A stretch of DNA of 62,479 nucleotides, the filler included, from Choristocarpus tenellus KU-1152 (Eukaryota > Protista > Phaeophyceae), in NCBI GenBank assembly GCA_964200185.2. It is 10 parts of 10 records of this genome, joined end to end, with 100 filler letters (N's around TTAATTAATTAA, not from the genome) between each part and the next. Parts side by side here need not be neighbours in the genome. Positions count along the whole stretch, not along the records: positions 52,145 to 59,053 come from CAXNAD020007087.1; positions 59,154 to 62,479 come from CAXNAD020020778.1; 8 more parts are not named here. The stretch is one strand, 5' to 3'. A model generated the notes under the pieces. The model worked only from the letters and a program-made list of their open reading frames with translations. It made no database searches and had not been told where the DNA came from. Every line of letters begins with the position of its first letter. The first letter of the stretch is position 1. A program made the translations under genes and the position numbers. Shown in pieces: positions 52,387-62,479 of this stretch.

Positions 52387-54988
52387 GGACCTATGCATCA
52401 AATATTAATAATCAGGTAGTGGACATCCTTTCCTTGTCATACATCCGTACATACACCATTTTGGTTGCTTAACCTTCCAGAACATCCCAGCCGCTGATGC
52501 CACACACACACCTATCTTACCCGCAAACCATTTGTTGTATGGAATAGTCCTGGGATGGACACAAAACAATAACTATACACCTCAATGCTGTGAAGCGTGG
52601 AATTCAAAATTGACCTCATGAGCCTCTCTTCCTTACTGTGCTGTCATCATGTGGGGCTACATGATGATATACACAGGGAAGCAAGTATTATGTGAGGAAT
52701 ACAATGACACCTCCATTGTGAATGCTCCTGCGTGCAAATAGGTAGGGTAAGTTGTCAAAATATAGAGATACCACTGTTGTCATCAGGGCAGATAGTCACG
52801 CAACTCATATATAGATAGGAGTGGTAAAGATAGGGAAGTTATATCCATCCACACTATCAGGAACTGAGTATGTCGAGCATTAAGATAAGTAAGGGAGTAT
52901 TATATATCAGTTATAGCTTGTACACAATAGTGTTTCACATAATAGTTGCTGGTTGTGTTTGTCAGAGAGTGACTGAATGTCAGAAGGTTAATTTCTACTG
53001 ATATCTTTCAAGTTCAAAGAAAGCATATACTTGATATCGCAGAGGCAACCGGTTTCCTTTATTCCACCCATGTCACTCAACCAATAGTGATGCGAGTGTA
53101 GAAGAGCTCTCCATTTATTTCAGTAGTGCTGGTGACGCACAACTACGATCTCTGGTATATGCAGTTTGTTCCAAATCCGTTTTCCTGACTTCAATGCAAC
53201 AATAACAATCAATTTGTGTAATTAACGCGTGTCTTCGTTGAGTCTATTTTCCTGTTGACTATTTTTCTCCCCTTGGAATGCACCTTCTACAATGTCCAGA
53301 AATTTATTCGTAGATGATATAACTCACCCTTTTGTAGGTATGATACTGATCTGCACTTGTTTGAGAACTTTGGATATGAGCAACACTAAAAATTGGATAA
53401 TGTTGTAGTAGAAGAAAAGCAAGCTCCAACCTTGCTCGATTCATATGGTTTGGTGTTGCGCCCTCTCCTAAAAAGGTTCAAACTAACCTGCTGCTGTCAG
53501 TAGTTCATCACTACTACTTCGGTTGACCAGAGTTCATCCTTCAAACATTGGACAACTGGAGTTTCGGCATTAAATTGTGTTTTGCTTTCGTATCATTGTA
53601 GGGTCTCGCACACCTCCAACACGAAGACCTGACGGGCACTATATGACCTATTATGCTATTAGTAGTGGTTGAAAGTATGAAAATTGCTTCTTAGTTACTT
53701 GTGGTTGCGCCCCATCCCATCCACCTAATTGTAGTGGGTCTTCCCCCTAGTTAGAATGGGCAACGAGGAAGTTCGTAGCAAGCAACCAATACATGTGGTT
53801 TTCATCGAAGGCGGGATTCAACTCCTTGACTCTTTATACTACTACTTTTGTAATTAGGAAGTAAAATGAAAGCTGAGGTGTATTACTTTAGTGTTGTGCG
53901 TTGTCTAATGTTGCTCCTTCTATGTTACTTAGACGTTGCACCATTCTCGTGTGTTGGCGCACGAATTTTTGAAAGAGCCAAGTTTGTAGGTTCACAAGGG
54001 TTAGTTGCAGAATCTACAGAGGAAAAAGCGGATTTAGATCGCACAGGAGGGTGGACGGGGTTTGACAGCACCATTCTCTATCACAGGTGTACTTCTATTT
54101 CCTCTTCGACTTCCGTTCAACCTGATTGATGCAAATATGGGCAAATGTATGCAAGTGCGCCTTCAATGCTCAAAATATCTTTGCGCCAGAGAATCAAGTT
54201 GTCGACATGCACTGAGACCGGAAGGGGGTTAAAATATCTCGACCTCACTATCATGATGACTCTCGATAGGCGGATGAGACATCGAAACAAGATATCAATG
54301 GTTAAAGGTATCCTTGGCGAAAAGTATCTTACCTACTCTGCATGCATCCTTGTAGGGAAGCACTCACAGATTTGACGCATGGTATAAAGAGTGCTTTTAG
54401 AGCAGGATAATTGTCGAATGAGAGTATTGCATTGCATTACCCTAACACTTATACTTGTCCTTTCCCACTGGGTGCTTCACGAATCTCTCAGGATTGATAT
54501 TGACAACAATGATGTGGCTTCATCGTTGTTTGCTAGTACATCTCTTCCTTGTGAGCGTAATGCTTGCTACTATGGTGGCACCTTTGCGTTTCAGTAACTG
54601 GTAAGCCATAGTTGACGCGACGGTCGTCTGCACTTATATTTCGCACAAGGTTTGCTAAAAGTCTATGTGCTTGTTGGAGAGGGCCTCTGAGGAGGTCTAC
54701 ACCTTGCGGGATGACTTCTCCTACTGCGTTCAAAGTTGTGTCGATGTCGTCTGAATCGGTTGATATCAGTGTGGGAAATGCACACGAAGATCAAAACACA
54801 TAGGCGCCTGGCTTGCCGCGGACATAGTGGCATGGGCGGATTTCGCCCACCACCCCTGGGACTTCCTGGGAATAAACATAAGTCCATGCTCTCAGGAAAA
54901 CTGCCCCCACGATCTTAGTCCCTGGTCGCCCTCTCGCCTGGTTGCACGCTGCTACTACTGCAACACACATATACCGTCCATGCCTCAG

Positions 54989-55491
54989 GAAATCTCAAAA
55001 GGTTACAGATGTATCGAAAGTGGAGAAATCAGAGAAAACGTGGCCCGGGAGATGTGATACTATCCAGGTGCGTTATTAGGATTTTTTTTAATATTTCTGT
55101 TGGTACAGGAATGTCTCAACCATTGATCCTTCGCCCTCGCATTGCACAATTAGGTTGTCTGCGCGATACCTCAAATATTGTTGGTAATCCACACCGTACC
55201 TTAAGTGTTGGCGTGCTGAATATATATACAACCCAACAAACACATCTCTACAATGCTAACACTGCTCCCTCTGCCATCAGTGTAGTGTATTAGATCCTAC
55301 CGTCAATAGATTGCGCACCTGACAGACCCTCATCATCTCAGCTGGCGTTTACCTCAACATTTCAACAGGTGCAGACAGAAGCTCTGTCACCGAATTGCTG
55401 GATCATTTTTGTCTTGACTTTTGTAGTGGGCGCTCTTGCTGCATTGGCGGTCACATATCTCTCCAAAATTAACATGAAACCTCCGCGCCAG
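54989..55491 (+). CDS. Two putative exons (54989-55067, 55369-55491) encoding a single transmembrane segment
   Basis: AG/GT-bounded and in frame: KSQKVTDVSKVEKSEKTWPGRCDTIQ|VQTEALSPNCWIIFVLTFVVGALAALAVTYLSKINMKPPRQ|GTAAG. Confidence 0.4.
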
Positions 55492-56723
55492 GTAAGAGCA
55501 AACTATACTCTTCTCTTCCACATTGATAGCTTGCATTGAAAAAACAGTTTGTTTAGGAGAGAGTGCTATGTTCTTTTTGTTCCCTTACTGCTGGATTGTG
55601 CATTTTCATTGAAGGGGTAAGAGCAAGAACGGTCTTGAAGGCCTAAGTCTGGGTCACAAATACGATAAGGGAGACACAGTTTCAGCACATTTTCCCTAAT
55701 CATCGGCAAAGAGTTGTCCTGAATTACTCAAGTACCTCGTGAAGGTGGGGGTACCACCAACCTACCTCCAATTTGACTTTCCCATTGAGTGGGTTTAATA
55801 AGACCCCACATAAGCATCTACAAGTAGCATTCCTGACACTGGGAGCTGCTCAATTGTGGTGATGGAGGGAATGGAACTAGCACATGTGCTGCTTGGAGAC
55901 AATTTTGCACACCATTCACATAGCCTTTTTTGCTCGGCAGTGGGTGCTACCACCAAGATACTATCAACCCTTTGCTCTAGTTCTTTCGATGGCCTGATGT
56001 TTCATGTACCATGCACTGTTTCAATAACGTTTCATATCTACCTATGGTATCTTCTTTCTTTTGACACACCTACACCTACACCTAGAGCAGGTGGACAGTG
56101 GTATCAATAATCACAACAAAGATGCTGGTGGTGACAGCCTTAGTTCAGGCCGTGACAGTGGTTCTTCCTCTAGAAGACTTAAACGTGGTGAAAATTGTGA
56201 GAGCAGTGACAGAGCTGGCAACTGCAGTGGCAATGGCCACAATGCTGCAATCCATACTAAGGGGGGAGAAGATGACAACCCCAACGATGTGACATGTGAG
56301 GACTGCAAGAGAATCTGGATTGTCAATGTGCGAGGTCTAGATGATAGCAATGGTGATGACCAGGTTAATCACATTAGAGGACAGCCTGACTACGTCAAGC
56401 GGATATCAACATGACAAGCCCATTCATTGCTAACATCATTGAACTTCAGCACGCCTAATCCAACAAGGGGAATGTCCCTCAGTTAGGTACAACCTATCTC
56501 GATGATAACACAACCATACTTGATGAAAAGGGGATGAAATTCACAAACAAGTGATCTACACAGAAACAGTAGACAAACGTATAATGCAGAATAGCTCTTT
56601 TCATCCTATGTGTGGTTACATCTTCTCCAGCCCAATCTACTGTTCCGATCCACTTTGTTGGTTCAATATGCACACTCCTCATATTTCTGACGTGAAGTAT
56701 GTTATTTACTCGTGAATCTTGCA

Positions 56724-57022
56724 GGGTTGAAGGCAGATAGCAAAGTAAGGGGTGAGGAGAATGTGGTGGTGACATTCAAACAGAATAGCAAAAAAGTGGG
56801 AATGAAAAGGACTGCCTCAGAGAGGTTTATTGCTGAAGAAAAGGACAAGGGGAAGGGAGGAGGGGGCTGTGAAAGTGCTACAAAGAAGCAAGCAATTGGG
56901 GCAAGGGATGCCATGGAAGAGAGGGGAGAAGAGTCACGAGGAGAAGTAAAGTTTTGCATGGACCAGATGAGAAAGGAGACCCTGTTAGGGCCATCAATCT
57001 CAGCAAGCAACAATGAGCTCAG
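56724..57022 (+). CDS. Putative exon, charged low-complexity peptide
   Basis: TCTTGCAG|GG acceptor, CTCAG|GTACG donor, open purine-rich frame within ORF 56712-57053. Confidence 0.3.
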
Positions 57023-57200
57023 GTACGAATTTTCGTTGATTTTCTGGGGTTAGCCATGTGCAACACTACTAGCAATGCTGAATAACCATTTTTGTAACAG
57101 ATCACCAGAGGCCTCCTAGTCGCGTTAGAGCCGCAATAGTTAGCACCGCGATGAATTCTTGCACTTCTCTGCTGTCCTCTAGACCTAAACGTTTACTTTA

Positions 57201-57639
57201 GACCCAAAGTATATGGGAGGGGAGGGGGTCTACACCAGGGTGTCCATTTGGACCAAAATTAGGAAAAGTGCATTTACAGTATCTATCCGACGTATGCAAC
57301 CAAATAACCAAAAAATCACGACATACAAAGAGTGAAAGTATCTTAGAGGGTACGAGTTTTGCCCTGTTTGTCCATCTGGGACTTGGCTTCCCACAGGTGT
57401 TTTATGACTTTTTCCTACTCCGATATGTTTCAGAGTAGGTAAAATTTGCACTTTTTGAAAAGGTGTGTCCGGAACAAGGATATTGACACTTCCTCAAAAA
57501 CATGATAGTCCAAATTACATCAAAATCGGAACATTGGAATTTGACTCCGACATGGACGCGGCTCTACCCTCTAAGATACTTTGGCTCAAAAATGGACCCC
57601 AAATGGACAGCCGCCACCCCCTCCCAGATAATTTGAGCC
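57201..57639 (+). mobile_element. MITE family B, full length, carrying a nested family A copy
   Basis: GACCCAAAGTATATGGG ... CCCAGATAATTTGAGCC with perfect TSD TTTA (57197-57200, 57640-57643). Confidence 0.9.
57330..57587 (+). mobile_element. MITE family A, full length, nested in B
   Basis: Both TIRs intact; flanks CAAA/AAAA. Confidence 0.93.
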
Positions 57640-58577
57640 TTTATTGACTAACAATTGGCAGTGTAACATAATTCAGACCTTACTGTGTACCTACCCTTAG
57701 GCACAAATATTGACCACACTAAACATCACTCAAACTGCTTTTTTTCTCAAGCTTTGCCTAGGCAGTTGTTGACAATAAGAATCGTTTCCTTCCTTAACGA
57801 TGCCAGGATTGATGGGATGGATAATGCCGCTTAGAGAGTACATCTAACTTGCAAAAACATGATGATACATTAGCATTTTCACTAGATGTGTACACAATGC
57901 CTATCACATCATCTTGTCCCCTACAAATCTCATTTTTTTCTCAACTCTCCTATGCCAGTTCAAGCTCCCAAGCCCACACTTGTATGCTCAATCTAATGTA
58001 AACCGATCATCTCCACAACCCTCTTCTTTTCCTTGACATGGTTCCCCCTACCCTCTCTTTCAACCCATAGGGGCCCTGAGAAAACCGTCCATTCTAGGAC
58101 TTCCAAGTGAGGAAATATTGACATGTTCTCTTCGTCTCAATGCAATGGGCGCACAAATGACTATCTGGAATGCACCTTGGCAACTGTATGTATTGGAACT
58201 CTGGGCGGCAATACAAATATCCTGTGGGGACTCTCAAGCAAGCATTTATTTTCTACATCAACTTGCTCTGGGGTTTGGTCTTGCCCTGCAATGGAAAACT
58301 TTATTTTGTAATTGATTCAATTACATCATCAGGGGTCATCTGAAGTAGTATTTGATGTAGGCACTTGGGGGTCTCATCTGGAGAGACGGTGATCTTGTTT
58401 TGAGAGTTGTGAGAGTTCACCTTGTACTTCTAAGGTGCAGCACACTGTGTATTGTTCATGTTCCAAAGATTTTGAAGGAGCAAAATACATCATACCTGGT
58501 GCATTCATTTGATCTGATGAGTATGGAGTGCATCAATCCGCTTCAAGTACAGCACTCCACACACTCATTGCTCATTT

Positions 58578-58754
58578 GGCTTAAAGTATCTGGGGGGGTG
58601 GCAGCTATCCATTTGGGGCCCATTTTTCCATGTCACAATTTTGGGGTGATTTGGTTGTATGAGTCGGATGGAAGATATAAGTGTACTTTTCCGGATCAGG
58701 AGCCGAATGGACACCCTGGTGTAGACCCCCCCCCACACACAAATACTTTAAGCC
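58578..58754 (-). mobile_element. MITE family B, full length
   Basis: GGCTTAAAGTATCTGGGGGGG ... AAATACTTTAAGCC; flanks ATTT/TTTT. Confidence 0.9.
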
Positions 58755-58845
58755 TTTTTCAAGTTATTTTTTGCATCAAGAACACTTCGAAGTAAATGCT
58801 AATTGTTGACAAGAGCTACTACACTGTGGAACCATGATCACAGAT

Positions 58846-59017
58846 GGGTCAAAGTATCTGGGGGGGGGTGTCGGCGTCCATTTTTCACCTTTTTTTTTCC
58901 TTTTTTGGAGTGATTTGGTCGCACGTGTCGGATTTGAAATGTCAGCAAAAAAAAGAGTTTGACCGAAACGGACGCCCCCTCACAAACCACCCCTCCCCCC
59001 CCCAGATACTTTGACCC
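58846..59017 (-). mobile_element. MITE family C, full length
   Basis: GGGTCAAAGTATCTGGGGG ... CCCCCAGATACTTTGACCC; perfect TSD AGAT. Confidence 0.95.
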
Positions 59018-59376
59018 AGATATTAGCACAAGAGAAAAAGAAACATGAGATAANNNNNNNNNNNNNNNNNNNNNNNNNNNNNNNNNNNNNNNNNNNNTTA
59101 ATTAATTAANNNNNNNNNNNNNNNNNNNNNNNNNNNNNNNNNNNNNNNNNNNNGCTTTTCTGTCCGTGAGGGTGTGCATAGGGGTTGCTACCACGGATTG
59201 CTCTGCTAGACCCAGGTCCGACTCCCAGACTAGTTGGGCATATTCCTCTTGGAAGCTATGTCTCAAATGGATGGGTCTTACGTGGAGGGGTTTTACACAA
59301 GAAGCATGAACATTACGCGTGCGCGTTTGCCTACCTAGCAGTTCTCTACTATCATGCTACTACTCTTGTGTAGAAT

Positions 59377-62300
59377 TTACTGTACAGTCCACGGTCCTGT
59401 CCACCTTTCATGGACTACCTTCCTGCCTACCCTTGTCTGGCCTAATTTCTCCCCATAGATAGAGCTGTCTGCTTCTTTCACTAGGACTAGGTCACCTGGT
59501 TTGGATCCTAGTCCTGGGGAAGACCTAGCAACCAAAGCATTGGCTTTCTCTCTCTGTCTCTGCCCAGCGAACATCCTTCTCTCCAGAACTTCTCGTACCT
59601 CGCGGAAGTTCTGTCTTCTTTGCTCTATGAAGGAATCCAATCCTCCGACATCTACGTCTCCATCCAACTTGGGTATGACGGCGTCTAGCTGTGTGCGGGG
59701 GTCACGGCCAAACAAGACTCTGAAGGAAGTGGGGTTGAGCGGGTCAGAAAGATCTGGGGTGGTGCGTTGTGCCCAACATGCTGGAGATACATACTCATCC
59801 CATCTATCTGGCCACTTCACACATAGTTCCGACAAGAGTTCTAAAAGTAGGCCTCCCATATTTTCTACTCCCCCTTGTCCCCTCGAGTTACCAGTTGGTC
59901 CATAATTGATAGGGACCTTCAACAAACGGCAAAGGTGACTCATTACGTCTCCTGTGAAATCCCCTCCTGCATCACTACGAATTGACAAAGGGATCCCGAA
60001 CGTGAGACATAGTTCTAACACGTTTGTTGCTACTCCAGTTGCGTCCTTTGACGCCATGGGAAATGCAAAAGGGAATCTCGAAGCTCTATCAATCACAATT
60101 AACATATACTTTTTGCCTTTTGTTGAAATGTGTCCTACATCTTGTAGGTCCATCTCAAGTATATCCCATGGTTCTAGGAACTTGGCTGGCAGCATTGCAA
60201 CTTGTGCGCTCCTGGTCCTCTTCCGTCTTCGACAGTCACAGGATAAAACATAATCCTGCGTGTCTTTGTGGAGTGAGGGCCAAACGAAGTATCGACGGGT
60301 TAGGGCTACTGTGCGTCCAACTCCCTGATGGCTAGAATGCAGGCGAGGAACTTCTTTCGGACGGCTTCAGTGCGAATGATATCTGGATGGCCGAAGAGGC
60401 TTACCATGCACTTACTGTTGCTCTTGTCGCACCCACCACCAGGGCTATGTGCTATACGCACCAAAGCCCGAGCGAGCGCTTTTCCAAGCAATAAATGATT
60501 GGTTCATGTCTAATATAGTGGGTAATAGCCAACATTTGTTCCGTGAGTTTTTCACTTCAAAGGTGGAGAAGGAGGAGAATCCGATGCTGACCTTAAACCA
60601 CCTGGAAGAGCTATGGGGTAGGATGCTATCAATGGACCTGGTCATCTTGGACAAGCTGCTGCTCCTAAAGTTTCTGAGTGCTCTCGGATAAGGTTACGAT
60701 ACCCGAGTCGGACACTACTGAACGAGGAACTGCCAACCTAGGTGTATACTCTCCAAGGGTGTACCAGAGTAACTCCTTATCATCTAGGGAATATGACTCC
60801 ACATCTATACTCCCTTTTCCCCATTCGAGTGACGGCTTCCAGTGTTCTTGGCCTTCGAGTACACCTCGTATGCTGCTCCAGAAGGGGTCCTTCTTCTGCC
60901 TCTCCACTAGCTCTGGCACGTCTGAAAGAGTAGCCACTGCTCTCTTGAGAGTGGGATGGTATTGGACCACCTCACTTGCTCGGACTAATCTGTCACTCCC
61001 TCTCTTGTTCTTTGGCCTTGGTGTACTTGTGCGCCGTTTCTTGCAAGGTGGCTTCTCTTCTCCTGCTTTTCCTTATATTTCTACCCTGTCTTCGAGGGTA
61101 GGGTCTAAAGGTTGCCAACCAAACGTGTTAGTGGCGTTAAGCGGGGGGGAGAGTTGCTGTGAGGTATGTGTCGAGCCTACACTAGGTATTTCATCTGGGG
61201 CAGACTTTGATCCTGAGAACCACTGGGTGGTAACCAACCTCTAACGCCTAAGCCTCGATTATCAGGTCCCGTGTGACACTCTTGCAGGGCTGACAGTATT
61301 CCTGAGAGTGTGGCATCAGCTGTTTCCTTAAGTAACATCTGTGCTACACCTAACCTCAATTCATCATGTGGAGGAGGAGTACACTCTAGTTCTGAATCTA
61401 CTAACGCACAGAGAGAGCAAGGGGATAGTGTGGGGTGCCCTGGGCTTAGGTCTGATGTACTTAAATCTTGCAAACACACACCATCTAAGACAGGCCCTCG
61501 TGGTCCAGCGTAGTTCTTGCTACAGGCTACTGACGAATCGTCAAGAAAAGAGTCGTCGATATCCAAACCTTGATCTGAGTGAATTTCCTACTCCAAATGT
61601 AGGAGCGGAAGTGCTCTACAGCCCACAGGATAGCCATGCATTCCCTTTCAGTGGGTGCTCTCCTACTGTCTGATTTAGACAATCTATGGCTAGCATAAGC
61701 TATGACATGCTCTTGGTCATCATCCTGTACCTGGGTCAGTGTTGCTCCAGCTCCTTCCTCACTAGCATCTGTATGGAGAAGGAACTTCTTATCCCAGTCA
61801 GGAAAGACTAGGATTGGTGGAGAGACCAGATGCACCTTAAGTTCTTCAAAGACTTTCTGCTCCTTTGGTCCCCAAGGAATACTCTTCTTCCTGTCTCTTT
61901 TGGAAGCATACCCTTTATTCCGGAGGATGTTAGTCAGAGGTGCAGCTACTTGGCCATAGTTCGGAACAAACTGTCGCATGTATCCTGTCATGCCTAGGAA
62001 ACTTCTTAACTGCTCAACTCTAGATGGGGGATCAAGTTTTGCTACCGCTACCAGTTTTGATGGAGCAGGACTCATGCCGTCTCTACCTACCTTCATTCCT
62101 TCAAATTCTTGTGACGGCATGCACCACGAGGATTTGGGAAAGTTCAGACAGGCCGTATTGCTTGAGTCTGGTAAGAAGGAGGCGAAGTCTGGTCATGTGT
62201 TCATCAAATGATGAGCTATAGCAAAAAAGATTGTCTAGCAAGTTTTCCACCCCGTTTCCTTTGAGATCTCCTAATGCCTCTCTCATGTAGCTAGAGAATA

Positions 62301-62395
62301 CTGCAGGTAGGATTTTTAACCCAAAGCCACACCTGTTATATTCCCAAAGTTGTCCATGAGCGTCACGAAAGGCTGTCTTATGTTTGTCTACCTCT
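59377..62395 (-). mobile_element. Decayed Ty3/Gypsy LTR retrotransposon pol (RT, RNase H, integrase)
   Basis: DKHKTAF..WEYNRCGFGLK..NLLDN (RT), LRSFLGMTGYMRQFVPNY, LHTDAS..VIAYASH..TERECMAILWAVEHFR (RNase H), H..HQGV..YFVWP..SCDC (Zn-binding), IDRASRFPFAFP..SIRSDAG..GGVE (rve). Gypsy domain order; frameshifts and deletions. Confidence 0.93.
60345..60707 (+). mobile_element. LTR-retrotransposon gag fragment in opposite orientation within the Gypsy integrase
   Basis: Plus-strand peptide DGFSANDIWMAEEAY...AINDWF..QHLFREFF..KEENPMLTLNHLEEL..KFLSAL resembles UBN2/Retrotran_gag_2-type gag. It interrupts the minus-strand integrase between LAVPRSVVSD and HSSHQGV. Confidence 0.6.
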
Positions 62396-62479
62396 GAGTG
62401 AAAGTATCTTAGAGGGTACAAGTTTTGCTCTATCTGTCCATTTGGGGTTAGGCTTCCGATGGGTCCTTTTATGACATTT
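62396..62479 (+). mobile_element. MITE family A inserted in the Gypsy RT (runs off window)
   Basis: GAGTGAAAGTATCTTAGAGGGTAC begins exactly where the RT frame (..EVDKHKTAF) is cut. Confidence 0.9.

Noticed and set aside
7864-59053. MITEs as programmed chromosome-breakage or DNA-elimination signals
   Set aside because: Breakpoints fall at variable positions in the elements, and internal copies have ordinary TSDs. Assembly breakage is the simpler explanation.
60678-61244. 188-aa plus-strand ORF (also 59501-59905, 10395-10886, 17127-17552)
   Set aside because: Antisense shadows of pol, the LINE relic or the RRM gene.

Overview
Eukaryotic, repeat-rich DNA: about 10 short contigs joined by nine artificial 100-bp linkers (44N-TTAATTAATTAA-44N), so adjacency across linkers is unproven. 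Intron style, TTAGGG motifs and TE types suggest a stramenopile, probably a brown alga (inference). Host genes: the 3' nine exons of an hnRNP A/Musashi/DAZAP1-like RRM protein with a Gly/Tyr/Gln tail (minus, 16895-20040), and four in-frame exons of a probable giant DUF3638-type protein (plus, 35050-39230, with one GC-AG intron). The main signal is a Sola2-type DNA transposon system. It comprises two decayed copies of an intron-containing Sola2 (DDD) transposase gene (43197-47329 plus; 48690-52044 minus) and about 22 short non-autonomous elements in five families (A-E). These families share a terminal G-N4-AAAGTA motif (GAG/GGG/GGC ends), and full-length A, B and C copies have 4-bp target-site duplications. 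Both transposase copies end in the same ~190-bp foldback unit at the same junction. Also present: a decayed Ty3/Gypsy pol with an inverted gag fragment in its integrase, a CRE-like RLE non-LTR relic, minisatellites and interstitial telomeric motifs. Family assignments come from motif recognition by eye; no database search was run. Most ORFs in the supplied track are spurious.
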